From positions 13,206,001-13,270,000 of the forward strand of contig NC_043000.1 in the NCBI RefSeq assembly GCF_006345805.1: a stretch of 64,000 nucleotides of DNA, read 5' to 3'. The position numbers and the translations under genes are program-made. The DNA comes from Octopus sinensis. Taxonomy: Eukaryota. Positions within the stretch are counted from its first letter, which is position 1, and each line of letters starts with the position of its first letter. Positions 38,015-52,194 of the stretch are shown here, piece after piece. The notes beneath the pieces are model-generated. The model made no database searches. It saw only the letters and a program-made list of their open reading frames with translations, and had not been told where the DNA came from.

Positions 38015-40045
38015 TTTAATGCGTTCCCAGAGTATGTAGAACATAGGAGGAAATACTAATAAGGTATACTAAAATCGTGAAGCATGTTACGTAATAACAG
38101 GCTAATCAGATATGAGATGATAGCAATTCAAAGTAAATAACTCTTTTGTGCGTTCCCAGAGGATATTACTCTCAGGGGCGCTAGTGTTGGTATATTCGTG
38201 AATAAGTCACTAACCGAAATAAGTGGATCTATTGTTTAGGAAAATACTATTTACTTGTTTAAGGGTTGTACTGGATAAATTGCGAAAATAACTCTAACAG
38301 TTCAAATACTAAGAAATAAGCATACTCAATTTCCTTTTTACCAAATAATTTAGGAAAATGAATGGGTTATTTCCCTTGGCTATATATAAGGATCTCTTCC
38401 AGGGGTCCTATTATCGATTTTTTTGTCAATAATCTGAATATGCCATGAGATTTGCAGACATGAGTTCTACTCACCTGTCAAGGTTCATCAAAATCAATAA
38501 ACGATGTAGGAGGAGTTAGCTAACAGCTCCACAAACAGACTCACGGATAGAATTACCTACATATGTAGTAGATGTATGTATGTATGTATGTATGTATGTA
38601 TGTATGTATGTATGTATGTATGTATATATGTATGTATGTATGCATGTATGTATGTATGTATGCATGTATGTGTGCGTATGTCTGTGTGTATGTATATATG
38701 TTTGAATGTATATAACAAAAACAAACGTAGAGAAATGTCTCAGGGAGGTCAATAGCATAACTTTGAATAAAAATGTTAGAGAAAATACCATTCAAGATAA
38801 ATTCAAGATTTATTGAAACTGTCTTTACTTCGAGAGAAAATAAACAAGCACTTAAGGACAACTACAGTTGACTGTTTATGAGGAGGAGTGACAATCTTAA
38901 GCACTCAACAATTCTCCTGAATTAACATGCCATTAAGGAAAACACTGTCTTGACATTTTCTCTGGAAATCAGAAGGCAGCTATGAACATGCGTTTCTCTT
39001 TAATAAGCGTCATCAGAACAGCATTGCCCTACTTTGTCACCTGGTAGACATCTAAACAAAAAGGATAAAGAGCATCTATAATCTTGGATAATTTTGCTTA
39101 ATTAAAACAAGTATGTGTAAAGGAAATAACTTAAATATTGCAAATTTATAAGTGGAGTGTCTTAGAAATTCTTCAATGTTTCGTCCTTTTTTTTTTTTCA
39201 TTTGAAATTTTTTCAAGTTACTTTTATAAGTATCTTATGAATATTTACGGTTCTTCTTCTCGACCTGCATATTTTGTCAAACACCACAAATGGCTCAATG
39301 TTGTTCGAAAGTGTTCTGTAGGAGACAGAAAAACCACTTGCTTCTCTTTCTCCTGTTATAGAAACAAAACAAAACAGAAAAAATAATTCGAATTTATGTA
39401 ATCTTTTACACGTTTTCGCTTTATTTTATTCCTTTCTTTTTCTTCGTCTTTGCATAACTTCCACCTTTTTCCTTCTTCCTTTCCATATTCTTCAACACTT
39501 CTCACTTCTCCCTTGCCACGCTCTCTCTCTATTTTCTCAGTTACATAATCATAAACCTTACGCCCTTTTATTGGCTTCTCAAACTCATCTCTAAATGCTC
39601 TTTTTTTCCATGTTCTGTCTAATTACTGTTATCGCTATTTAACGAACGATCTACTTCTTTATTATCACCTTTCTTACTTTTTTTCGCTCCATATCTGTCT
39701 TCACTATCTTTTTCTGTTTTTCTTCAACCTTTCTTTATATTTCTTTATTCCTCAACTGTTTATTCTTCCAACTTTCTGACTGTTTTCTTCCCTCTATGAC
39801 TCATACTGTTCTTACTCTATCGCTTGGAATTCTAGTTTTGTAACTAAATACCTTATCAACCGCCAAATATTTTTTCATGATAAATTTTACATTATAAACG
39901 TTAAAACGTTTAAATGTTAGATACTCGTTATTTATTAAACCCCATTTTAACTACAGAGTTTCTAATTCACAGTGAAAATTTAAAACGTATCGAAAAGTAT
40001 CGAATGTTGGTCGATACTCGGACTAATGACTAGCCAAAATCTGAC

Positions 40046-40090
<45 letters not shown>

Positions 40091-40091
<1 letters not shown>

Positions 40092-41825
40092 GAAAACTCA
40101 CAGCTCACTTTGCTGGGTATGATGGAAAATGTCGGCTGTCCACAGCCAGCAGACTAAGGTGACACGTGTTTACTGGTCATGCTTTAAGAACCCTGCGAAG
40201 AATTCTTGCAGTTCCCAGCAGTGCTGATTTTTATAGACGTTCTACCTTCACACTTGCACCGATCTTTCTCAGCCATGTTGGTAGTTGAGTGTTGATACTT
40301 CCAAGTGCACCAGTTACTATTGGTATCACATTTACTCTCTTCATTGACCACAACCTTCGTATGTCCCACTTCAAATCGTCATAGTTGTTTATTTTTCTTC
40401 TTCTTTTACATTGATCCTGTTGTCACCGGGGCACGCTATCGATTATCATAATGTTCTTTTTTTTTTATTCACCACAACAATGTCTGTTTTCCGATGTCTG
40501 GTGTGGGTGATCGCACTGGATCATTGCATCCCACAGGATTTTTGCAATTCTTATTTTCGCTGACTCCTTCTGGAATTTTCTCACACCAAATCTTTGCTCT
40601 CCATAGGCCGTGATTCCCACAGAGCTCCCAATGGATCATTCTTGCCACATTGTCATGGCGTCTTTTGTATTCGCGTTGTGCCAATTTCGGTCATTTGCTA
40701 ACGATGTGCCATACCGTTTCACCCCTCTCGCCACACATTCTGCATTTGTCGCTATCAACAGTGTTGTCTATTCTGCACTTCATATAATTGATCCTTAACG
40801 CTTGTTCCTGAGCTGCGCATATGAGTGCATCTGTCGCTATCTTCAGGTCACTCCTATTCATTCATAGCCGCCGGTCCTCCGTATCTGTCTTGACGTTCAC
40901 ATATCTTGAAAACTGACCGTACACTTTCTTTTCTTTCTATGCATTTTTTTTTGTACATTTCTTGTTTAAATTTTTCCTTAGTTATACAATTTTCAGTTTT
41001 GATGACGCTGGCCTTCTTCGAGTGCTTTAACAGTGCATCCACGACATTTTTGTATACCACTCTATGCTGTTTTCTTCTGCTTCGATACAGCTGATCAAAC
41101 CTCTCCCATCCTTTCTTCTGGACATGTACAGCCTATCAGTGTCACTCTTAGGGTGGAAGGCTCTGTGTACTGTCAACATTTTTCTCGTCTTGGTATCCTT
41201 TTTCTTCATTTCTCTCTTTTGTCATTTTATAATTCCTGCTCCATACTAAAGTGATGCTATCACCCACGTATTAAATGCTTGGATTTTATTCCATCCAGTC
41301 AATTTTGAACGCAACACCAATCTCAGTCTTCAGAAATACTCCATCCTCAGTTGTTCTTTCACTTCGTTTTCCATTATCTCGTTGAACTCCAGTACATCAA
41401 GATATTTGTATCCTTCCGTTTCAATTTGCTTAAATCGGTAATTCTATCCAGGTAGGAACTGTACTTTGCCTCATTTTAGGTAGATTATTCCGTACTTCCT
41501 GAGACCAAATTCCATTCTAATATCAGTACTTAAACACTGGACTGTGTTCAGCAAGGAACTCACTTGTGTCTCATCTTTGTCATAGAGTTTCAAATTATCC
41601 CTGAAGAGGAGGTGGTTGATTATTTGGGATTTTTCTTTTAGTTGGTACTCCTGGTTCATTTTCCTAAATACCACGATTAGGGGTATCATGCAGAGAACAA
41701 AAAGCAATGGAGATTGGCTATCACCCTGGAAAATCCCTCTTGTGATACCCAGGGTGCTTAAGCTTTTTCTGTAAGATGTCAGTTCAGTTTTCCATCCCCG
41801 TTATACTTCTCTTCAGGAACTATCA
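40091..41825 (-). pseudogene. R4/Dong-clade non-LTR retrotransposon (RT, CCHC, restriction-like endonuclease), 5'-truncated and inactivated
   Basis: RGIFQGDSQSPLLF, NHLLFRDNLKL (catalytic DD lost), CRMCGERGETVWHIVSK*PKLAQREYKRRHDNVA, IACPGDNR and SALLGTARILRRVL. 3' end runs into (TAA)n at 40048-40090. Confidence 0.92.
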
Positions 41826-42449
41826 AACTAATTTATGAGCGCATAACAAATGATGGGCGATAAGGTAAGGTCACTTTGATAAAGAATGACCATGCTTCTT
41901 TTCCCTTTTAATAATGCTTGTTGTTCTTGATAGGCATAATCTCAGAGCTGAAAGGCATCTTTCATTTCACACTTTTCAAACAACCCTTCACCTGTCTGCC
42001 AGCACCGATGCCGTTTCTACCACTAGCAGCAACCTTTGTTAACTTGACAACAAGGTAAAGGAGAGCTCTGATTAGCTGTATGCAAATTACCGGGGTCCGA
42101 AACTCTCGTGGAAAAAAAAAAAAACATTTCGCGTTCGGAAATTTTTCGTCACATATCTGATAAACGAGTGAAGAACGAACATATAGTCCGTGTGTTTCTT
42201 TGGTGGAAAAAAAAAAGAAGAATAATAAACGATCATCCCCAAATATAACAATATCTGTTTCAACACACGGTTTCAATCAGGAATCTGGTAACACAAATTC
42301 ATAAACGTAAAACATATATATTGATTTCCTTATAATAGGTTGTATATAGTTAAATCTGATATTTTATCTTGAAGAAAAATATATGTATATTTATCGTATT
42401 TCCTCGAGTTAGTATGCTGAGATATTGCTTTTATTTTTTATATTTTTTA

Positions 42450-42838
42450 CTCTAGGCACAAAGCCCGAAATTTTGAGGGAAGGGACTAGTCGATTAGATC
42501 GACCCCAGTACGAATCTGGTTCTTAATTTATTGACCCCGAAAGGATGAAAGGATAAGTCGACCTCGGCGAAATTTGAACTCAGAACGTAAAGACAGACGA
42601 AATACCTATTTCTTTACTACCCACAAGGGGCTAAACACAGAGAGGACAAACAAGGACAGACAAGTGGATTAAGTCGATTATATCGACCCCAGTGCGTAAC
42701 TGGTCCTTAATTTATCGACCCCGTAAGGATCAAAGGCAAAGTTGACCTCGGTGGAATTTGAACTCAGAACGTAACGTCAGACGAAATACTGCTAAGCATT
42801 TCGCCATGCGTGCTAACGTTTCTGCCAGCTCGCCGCCC
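42450..42838 (-). mobile_element. SINE family A dimer
   Basis: Full unit followed by a head-less unit joined at aaagaaata|ggtatttcg. Confidence 0.9.
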
Positions 42839-43183
42839 TAATACTGAGATATTATTTCTGTACCATGTACAACATATATCACTTTCACTAATATTTAATA
42901 CATATTCTCAGTATTTAATTATTAATCCTTTCCTGGAACTTGTGCCCTTTATATGCATATAAATTGTAAGCAAAGTTTTATTTATGTCTATCAAAAATTT
43001 CAGCTGGAACCATTAAATACCGGAGGTTTTTTTCAAAGAAACACCAGCTAATACCGGTTGGTATACTAACCACTCTACACTCAGAAGATAGTAACACTAT
43101 TAACACCTGCTGAAGGTGTGCATATGGCACTGCTTATTTTATTTATTATTTTTATTTTTATTTTTATTTTTATTTTTTGGTAA

Positions 43184-43353
43184 GGTATTTCGTCCATCTT
43201 CACATTCTGAGTTCAAATTCCGCTGAGATCGACCTTGCCTTTCATCCTCTCTGGGGTCGATAAAATAACTACCAGCTGAGTACTGGGATTGGTATAATCA
43301 ACTTATTCACTCCCCAAAATTTCAAGCCTTGCGCCAATAGTAGAAAGGATTAT
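43184..43353 (+). mobile_element. SINE family A fragment identical to 48145-48314
   Basis: 170/170 identity by manual comparison. Confidence 0.9.
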
Positions 43354-43468
43354 CCAAGGAAACTAAATATATAGAATACATAAATATTTTTGTTTTATCT
43401 TGGGAGGATCATTACGCCATTAATTAGAATCTTGCAAACCAAATACAAAAACCACTGTGTAGTAAAAA

Positions 43469-44286
43469 GCGCAGGAGTGGCTGTGTGGTAAGTAGCTTGC
43501 TTCTCAGCCACATGGATCTGAGTTCAGTCCGACGGCGTGATATCTTGAGCAAGTGTCTTCCACTATAGCCTCGGGCCGACCAAAGCCTTGTGAGTAGATT
43601 TGGTTGACGGAAACTGAAAGAAGCCTGTCTATATATGTATATAAGGCGGCGAGCTGGTAGAAACGTTAGCACGCCGGGCGAAATTCGTAGCCGTATTTCG
43701 TGTCGTTACGTTCCGAGTTCAAATTCCGCCGAGGTCGACTTTGCCTTTCATCCTTTCGGGGTCGATAAATTAAGTACCAGTTAAGCACTGGGGTCGACTT
43801 AATCCGTTTGTCTGTCCTTGTTTGTCTCCTCTATGTTTAGCCCCTTGTGGGTAGTAAAGAAATATATATATATATATGTATATACGAGGGGGTACTGGAA
43901 GGTTCCTGGCTTTAAGGGTATCTCGCGAAAAACCTGGTTACAAGCCCAATGTTCCGAGTTCTTTTACAGGGTTTAAGAAAACTGAAATACCACGGCAGTC
44001 AAAGCGTGAATCTGAGAAGGGAATATGTTGAATGAAATCATAATTAACTGACACTCCTGTATTTTCTTTTCCAAAAACCTGGGAACTTTTCAGCACCTCC
44101 TCGTACAGGTATGCGTGTGTGTATCTTTCTGTTTGTGTTTGTCCCCCGACACTGCTTGATAACCGGTGTTGGTGTGTTTATGTCCCCGTAACTTAGCGCT
44201 TCGGCAAAAGGACCGATAGAATAAGTACTAGACTTTTAAGAAAATAAGTCTTGCAGTCGATTTGTTCGACTTAGATCTTCAAAGCG

Positions 44287-44290
<4 letters not shown>
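43469..44290 (+). mobile_element. SINE family B carrying nested SINE A (43644-43862) and mariner MITE (43885-44103)
   Basis: Head at 43469, tail resumes at ~44105. Inserts sit in the central TA-rich segment. Confidence 0.88.
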
Positions 44291-44334
<44 letters not shown>

Positions 44335-45108
44335 ATTGGTGTATAGGTGTGTTCCACCATGTGTGTGTGCGTGTGTATGCGTGTGTATGGTTGTGTGCAT
44401 GCGTGTGTGTATGTGTGTATGTGCGTGTGTTGTTGTTGTTGTAGTTGTTGTTGTTGTTGTTGTTGTGTGTGTGTGTGTCTGTGTGTAAAATACTAATACT
44501 TACCACCCGATTCATTAAAATCTTATTTATTCATTAAATATAGATTAAGTCATCAGAACCTATATCTAGTTAACTCACCGTACATGTGGTTAATTAACTG
44601 ACTAGGCAGTTGGCGGTTAATTAACAAGCTAGTTATTACTTTTTTATTATGATTATATATATTGTTTATGTTCACGTTTATATACGAGTATACTGTTTTA
44701 ATTCGTTTTGGTTCACTTCGGCTAAGGCCATGCTGTAGCATTTTTTCTGTCTTTTATCTTTTACTCGGTTCCGTCTTGTTGGAGATTCACCTTGAAGGGG
44801 TTAGTTTAACAAATTGACCCGGAACTTGATCTTCGAATCTGGTATTTATTCTATCGCTCTTTGTCAACGAACCACTAAGTTACAGGAACGTAGACAAACA
44901 TATAGTCACAAAAATATACATAGATACATGCATGTTTATATATATATATATATATATATAACTGATGAAGGGTCGTTCTTTGTGTTACTTGTCCTGTTTT
45001 CAATTTGTTTCTCTCGTTGTTTGCGTATTTGACTCATTTGTTTTCGTATTTCATGTTGTTTACTGTTGGTGACGTCCTGTACCCATATATGCATATGTAT
45101 ATATGAAC

Positions 45109-45190
<82 letters not shown>

Positions 45191-45360
45191 TGTATGTATA
45201 CACACATACTTTCAACCAGCTTACGTAGGCTAATTTAACTCATAAGGCAATGATCAACCCGGGACTTTTGGAAAAACACTATATCCAAGGGTCCGAACTC
45301 AAAATTACATGGTTGTAAAATGAGCTTCTTATCCACATAACCATACGTTTATTATACACG

Positions 45361-45393
<33 letters not shown>

Positions 45394-45696
45394 TTGAGCG
45401 CGCGCGCAGATGCGCAGAAAATGCGAAATATCGATACGTCATTCTCGTTCACTTCCTAGACGTTTTTGTTTCGCCTAGCTTTGAAGACCTTTCTGGGAAA
45501 CATCTAGAACCTTCTACGTCGATAAACCGCTATTGTTCCTGGAAGTTGCTTTTTTTTATATACTTTCTACGAACTGCTCGAATCTTACTAACCTCCTACA
45601 CTTTGATCCTTGGATCTTACTTTACACACACACATATACATGTATGTACATATATATCTATATCTATCTATCTATATCTATATCTATATCTATCTA

Positions 45697-45861
<165 letters not shown>

Positions 45862-45866
45862 ATCTA

Positions 45867-45909
<43 letters not shown>

Positions 45910-45967
45910 ATATCTATATGTGTGTGTGTGTGTGTATGCATATATCATATGTATGTATACATGTGTC

Positions 45968-46351
45968 GTAAGTAGCTTGCTTACGAACCACACGTTTCTG
46001 GGTTCAGTCCCACTGCGTGACACCTTGGGCAAGTGTCTTCTACTATAGCCTCGGGCCGGCCAAAGCCTTGTGAGTGGATTTGGTAGACGGAAACTGAAAG
46101 AAGCCAGTCATATATATGTGTATATATATATGTATGTGTATGTATATGTTTGTGTGTCTGTGTCCCCTCAACATCGCTTGACAACCGATGCTTGTGTGTT
46201 TACGCCCCCGTTACTTAGCGGTTCGGCATAAGAAATCGATAGAATAAGTACTTGGCTTACAAAGAATAAGTCCTGGGCGGTCAATCTGCTCGACTAAAAG
46301 CGGTGCCCCATCATGGCCGCAGTCACATGACTGAAACAAATAAAAGAGTAT
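45968..46351 (+). mobile_element. SINE family B
   Basis: Head slightly truncated, other modules present. Confidence 0.9.
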
Positions 46352-47180
46352 ATAATGCCTGTACGCTGTGAACTTACACCCAAGGTCGTTTTGAATGATA
46401 TAATACACTTTCACAGATTGCATTGTTTAAATTTATATTTACACTCACCTGAACTCATCGTCGGTATACACAGTTTATGCACAAGTAACTGCAACAGCGC
46501 CAACAACAGCAATTACAATATGTATAACAGCAACATGAGTTATGAAAGTCTCAAGAAAAACAGCAGTAGAAAAGACAGGAGATAAAAAGAAGACAGCAAG
46601 ATCGTGGTGGTTGGTGAGGGCAACACATATACAGTACACTTGTAGAAGCGATGTCTACATCACTAATAACGACAATTGATCAATCATCGTTAACATTACC
46701 ACCATTACCACTGCGACGACGTCCAGATGAAAGGAAAAGAACACTTGAGCATGGTCGTTCGCCTGCATAGAAATAGCAATTAAATCTCTCAAATCAATTC
46801 TATATTCTGAGATCTGGAATTTATGTTACGTCCTCATTTTGGTTGTTGCTTTTATTACGTCTCCGATACAACAACCGAGCTCAACACAAGACACCTGAAG
46901 AAGGATGGAGCGTACAGCAGCCTATAATCTACTGAAAGCAATAATCAAGATAAGGACACCGGTCTGACTAATGTAAACAGTATACATTAATATCTCTTAT
47001 CGTTCCCGATTGTTTTATAAAGCAAAAGCGCACATACGACAATAAAATCCTTGACGTCCAAATAAACAGAATGGTCATTGACTCGAACATTTTGCTCAAG
47101 CAAAACAACAACAATTTCATCAATCTGGTTGTGTATATGTGTCCCAAGGCCTTGCTCTCTCCGCTATATCAAGTCCTACT

Positions 47181-47404
47181 AAGGCGGCGAGCTGGCAGAA
47201 ACGTTAGCGCGCTGGGCGAAATTCTTAGCGGTATTTCGTCTGTCGTTACGTTCTGAGTTCAAATTCCGCTGAGGTCGACTTTGCCTTTCATCCTTTCGGG
47301 GTCGGTAAATAAAGTACCAGTTTCACATTGGGGTCGATGTAATCCCTTTGTCTGTCCTTGTTTGTCCCCTATATGTTTAGCCCCTTGTGGGCTGTAAAGA
47401 AATA
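47181..47404 (+). mobile_element. SINE family A, full length
   Basis: 16-bp TSD tatatcaagtcctact at 47165-47180 and 47405-47420. Confidence 0.92.
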
Positions 47405-47509
47405 TATATCAAGTCCTACTTCCCCACATCAGACCTCGGGAATTTCCTCCTTGCTCAATTGTTTTCTGCGGGTGCTAATTCACAACAGTTTAAAAGGAAG
47501 AATAAAGTA

Positions 47510-47833
47510 AAGGCGCGTGGCTTAGTGGTTAGGGTATTCGGCCCTCGATCATAAGGTCATGAGTTCGATTCCTGGCCGTCGGCGCGTTTTGTCTTTGGGC
47601 AAGACACGTTATTTCACGTTGCGCCAGTCCACTCAGATAGCAAAATTGAGTAGTAGCTGTATTTCAAATGGTCAGCATTGTCACCTTCTGTGTCACGCTG
47701 AATCTCCATGAGAACTACGTTAAGGGTACGCGTGTCTGTGGAGTACTCAGCCACTTGCACGTTAATTTTACGAGCAGGCTGTTCTGTTGATCGGACCAGC
47801 TAGATCCCTTGTCGTCGTAACCGATGGAGAGCT
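47510..47833 (+). mobile_element. SINE family C-related copy
   Basis: Head ggcgcgtggcttagtggttaggg, B box gagttcgattcc and core ccagtccactcag. Confidence 0.8.
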
Positions 47834-48097
47834 AGTTAAACGGAACATTAACAACATCAAACTCACTAATCTGAGACGGCCGGGCACTGCCCCTTCCCTC
47901 ATCCAAACTCTTGGTAAAAAACTAAAATATCACAAATAGTAAACGCAGAAGAATAGCAACTGTTATTCTCTAAACCCACATCATCCGCCTCCGATGTGGT
48001 TACAACCGAATCTACAATATACTGGGCAATGGCGATGTTGCTTTGTGTCTATAAATGGTTCATCATATCTCGGAGTAGATGGTATGGTCTGTTTCGA

Positions 48098-48314
48098 GGT
48101 GGCGAGCTGGCAGAATCGTTAGCACGCCGGGCGAAATACTTGGTGGTATTTCGTCCATCTTCACATTCTGAGTTCAAATTCCGCTGAGATCGACCTTGCC
48201 TTTCATCCTCTCTGGGGTCGATAAAATAACTACCAGCTGAGTACTGGGATTGGTATAATCAACTTATTCACTCCCCAAAATTTCAAGCCTTGCGCCAATA
48301 GTAGAAAGGATTAT
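48098..48314 (+). mobile_element. SINE family A
   Basis: Head ggcgagctggcagaatcgttagcacg. Confidence 0.9.
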
Positions 48315-48469
48315 TAATCTGTTTCGCCCTCTTTCATAAATTTAAATTTCATAAATGATAAAACAAACCATAACTGTCTGAAATACTGCCATTGTTAACT
48401 CGTTTGATACCAGCCAGCCTGAGATCACTTCTGGTTCTATGATATAAACTTTGTTTTAAAGTTGTTGTT

Positions 48470-48768
48470 TGTTCCTACTTGAGCCATGCCTGGCTCATAA
48501 GGGCCGGTTTCCCAGCTTCCTTGGTGTATAGGTTCTCCACCTGGACGAGACTCCGGTCCGTCGCAAGTGAGCTGCAAGATACAGGAGGAAAGAGTAGGAG
48601 AAAGTTGTGGCGAAAGAGTCAGCAGAAGTTCGCCATTACCTTCTGCCGGAGCTGCGTGGAGCTTAGGTGTTTCGCTCATAAACACACGCATCACACGGTC
48701 TGAGATTCGAACCCGCTATCCCTCGACAGCGAGTCCGCTGCACTAACCACTAGGCCATGTGCCTCCAC
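48470..48768 (-). mobile_element. SINE family C variant
   Basis: Related to 28577-28840. Confidence 0.8.
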
Positions 48769-48984
48769 TTGTTTTAAAGTGAGCTACACTAAAACCGTTC
48801 ATAAAATTTCATGTTGGTTTTTTCCGAACATCAGCATAATAGCGACAAAATTATTGTACTAAATTCCTTATTATTTTCCACGTTATTGGCAGTAAACAAA
48901 GTGTGTTTCGATATGAATGTTACAAAATGTCAAGAAATATCGACTTGGTTATGATGAAATTTTTTCAACCCCTATGTTTACAGT

Positions 48985-49416
48985 CGCGGTTCTCAACCAT
49001 TTTTTACCAATGGAACCCTTTGGTTCCTATTTCCCTCTATTGAATTTCCATAGCCGTTCTATGAATGTAAAAGAACATCCTACAATCATATATTTTTTTA
49101 ATTGAATATAAATTTCAAATTTTGGCACAAGGTCAGAAATCTAGGGGGTTGGAGGGGTGAGTCGATTACATCGACCCCCCAGTACTGAACTGGTACTTAT
49201 TTTATCGACCTCCTGAAAGGCAAAGTCGACCAGATGGACGAAATACCATTATACATTTTGCCAGGCGTTTGAGCAAACTCGCCGCCTTTTTATAATTAAA
49301 TATTATTAGGAATTGTAATTTTAAAATGTATTGTAGAAGTATAAGCAATTTATGGAACATAAATTTTGGCAACAAAATCTTATAGCACCACTAAGACCCA
49401 TGGTTGAGAACCATTC
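48985..49416. mobile_element. hAT MITE with nested SINE A fragment (~49120-49290, -)
   Basis: Decayed TIRs cgcggttctcaacc / ggttgagaaccattc. Homologous to 30586-30943. Confidence 0.75.
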
Positions 49417-49519
49417 GCATAAACCAAAATTCCTCACAAATCCTAATTATGTGGTCAATTATCAAGTAGGATCACCTTACTACCTATCTGTAGACGCTAG
49501 AATTTTCCTGTCAAGTTCA

Positions 49520-50075
49520 TCGACCCCAGTGCGTAACTGTTACTTATTTAATCAACCCCGAAATGATGAAAAGCAAAGTCGACCCGGAGGAGTTTGAACT
49601 CAGAACGTAACAGCAGACGAAATATCGCTAAGCATTTCGCCCGGCGTGCAAACGATTCTTATTTCTTTACTGCCCGCAAGGGGCTACACAAAGAGGGGAC
49701 AAACAAGGACAGACAAACGGATTAAGTCGATTACATCGATCCTAGTGTGTAACTGGTACATAATTTATCGACCCCGAAAGGATGAAAAGCAAAGTCGACC
49801 TCGGCGGAAATTGAACTCAGAACGTAGTGGCAGACAAAATACCTATTTCTTTCCTACTCACAAGGGGCTAAACACAGAGGGGACAAACAAGGACAGACAA
49901 ACGGATTAAGTCGATTATATCGACCCCAGTGCGTAACTGGTACTTATTTAATCGACCCCGAAAGAATGAAAGGCAAAGTCGACCTCGGTGGGATTTGAAC
50001 TCACAACGTAACGGCAGACGAAATACGGCTACGCATTTCGCCCGGCATGCTAACGTTTCTGCCAGCTCGCCGCCA
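49520..50075 (-). mobile_element. SINE family A trimer
   Basis: Three head-to-tail units, and only the outermost keeps the full head. Confidence 0.9.
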
Positions 50076-50165
50076 TGATGCAGGTAATAATACCAATGGT
50101 GGATATAGAATTATAAGCACAGAAATCCCAAGCGTATGATTATATATTTATCCCCGTTTCTTGTA

Positions 50166-50260
50166 GAATCCTTCGTGACCTCTCGTGGAATCCTTCGTGA
50201 CCTCACGTGGAATCCCTCGCGACATCACGTGGAATTCCTAGTGATCTCTAGCGGATCCCT
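50166..50260. repeat. 22-bp minisatellite (gaatccttcgtgacctctcgtg, ~4 copies), probably inside a hAT-type MITE end
   Basis: Direct reading. Followed by ggttgggaaatgccg, a hAT-TIR-like sequence. Confidence 0.75.
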
Positions 50261-50744
50261 ATCATTCTGGGAAATCCCGGTTGGGAAATGCCGCCCTACG
50301 CAGTCGCTCGACCGGCTAGAAATAGCAGCCATATCAAATTGCATCTTACCGTTGTTTGTAGAACGGATGGGCAACATTCGGATAATGTATTCCTAGATAT
50401 ATTTTATGCTTGAATTCAAAGACGAGATGGACATGTGACCGGAACGTCTTTGATCATTGGTCTGCTCGATCAGAGCGGGACTAGAGATAAACAGCAACAA
50501 CAACAACAACAACCATCATTGCCAAACCACTCTTACCAAAACTACAAACACCATCACGCCCACCATTGACAGCCCCCACCCCACCCCTATAGCTATCAAC
50601 ACCATTAACGCCATCACCACTTTCCTTCCCGCCCCCCACTCCTGGCGCGTCCATCTCCACCACAATCCAACATCTACGTTCTCGCCGCCATTAACTACAC
50701 AAACCGCATGTACCGTTACAAACATCATCACCAACACCGCCATT

Positions 50745-51470
50745 ACACCCACCACCACCACCACTACCGCCGCCACCACCATCATCACCATCATCATCAT
50801 CATTACAAACACCACCACTAGTGACACCTACACCACCACCACCGCTGACACCACCTTCCCCTCCCTAGCCACCACCACTACCATCACCACCATCACCACC
50901 ATCATCACCATCATCATCATCATCATTACAAACACCACCACCAGTGACACCTACACCACCACCAGTGACACCTACACCACCACCGCTGACACCACCTTCC
51001 CCTCCCTAGCCACCACCACTACCATCACCACCATCACCACCATCATCACCATCATCATCATCATCATTACAAACACCACCACCAGTGACACCTACACCAC
51101 CACCAGTGACACCTACACCACCACCGCTGACACCACCTTCCCCTCCCTAGCCACCACCACTACCATCACCACCATCACCACCATCACCACCACCACCGCC
51201 GCTACCACCATCATCACCATCATCAACACCATCATTGCAAACACCACCACCAATGACACCTACACCACCACCGCTGACACCACCTTCTCCTCCCTAGCCA
51301 CCACCACCACCACCACTGCCACCATAATCACTATCATCACCATCATTGCAAACACCACCACCAGTAACACCTACACCATCACCACCGCTGACACCACCTT
51401 CCCCTCCGTAGCCACCTCCACTACCACCACTATCACCACCACCACCACCACCATCATCAGAACAATTATT
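50745..51470. repeat. ACC/ATC-based higher-order minisatellite
   Basis: Unit of ~120-140 bp (agtgacacctacaccaccaccgctgacaccaccttcccctccctagcc...) repeated about 5 times. Confidence 0.85.
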
Positions 51471-51699
51471 ACCACTAACGCCATCACAGTAACAATAACG
51501 TCAGCAGGTGCACTGCCAACTTCTCAACACTTCATGCAAAGTAGGAGGAAGGGAGGGAGGGAGGGAGAGGGAGAGAGAGAGAGAGATGGAGAGAGAAAGA
51601 GAGAGAGAGAGAGGGGGGATGGAGGGGGATGGGGGAGAGTGTAATGTACCAGATGCACTTGCTGCAAGATTTATGACGCTGCCATTGTATCTCTCTGCA

Positions 51700-51753
51700 C
51701 CGTCATCGTCATCACCATTATTGTCGCCATCACCATCATCGTCATCGTCATCG

Positions 51754-51796
<43 letters not shown>

Positions 51797-51901
51797 TATC
51801 ATCATCTTCATCATGGTCGTCGTCGTCGTCAACAACAACAACAACAGCAGCAGCAAAAAAAAAACAGCATCACCATCATCGTCATCGTCATCATCATCAT
51901 C

Positions 51902-51935
<34 letters not shown>

Positions 51936-52026
51936 TATCATCATCTTCATCATGGTCGTCGTCGTCGTCAACAACAACAACAACAACAGCAGCAAAAAAA
52001 AAACAGCATCACCATCATCGTCATCG

Positions 52027-52067
<41 letters not shown>

Positions 52068-52156
52068 GTTATCACATCTCATCATGGTCGTCGTCCGTCG
52101 TCAACAACAACAACAACAGCAGCAAAAAAAAAACAGCATCACCATCATCGTCATCG

Positions 52157-52194
<38 letters not shown>

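Noticed and set aside
44960-45110. CTGATGAAGGG in a TA-flanked module (related to 19960-20130, minus strand)
   Set aside because: No downstream GAAA or stems. Only a short unclassified repeat.
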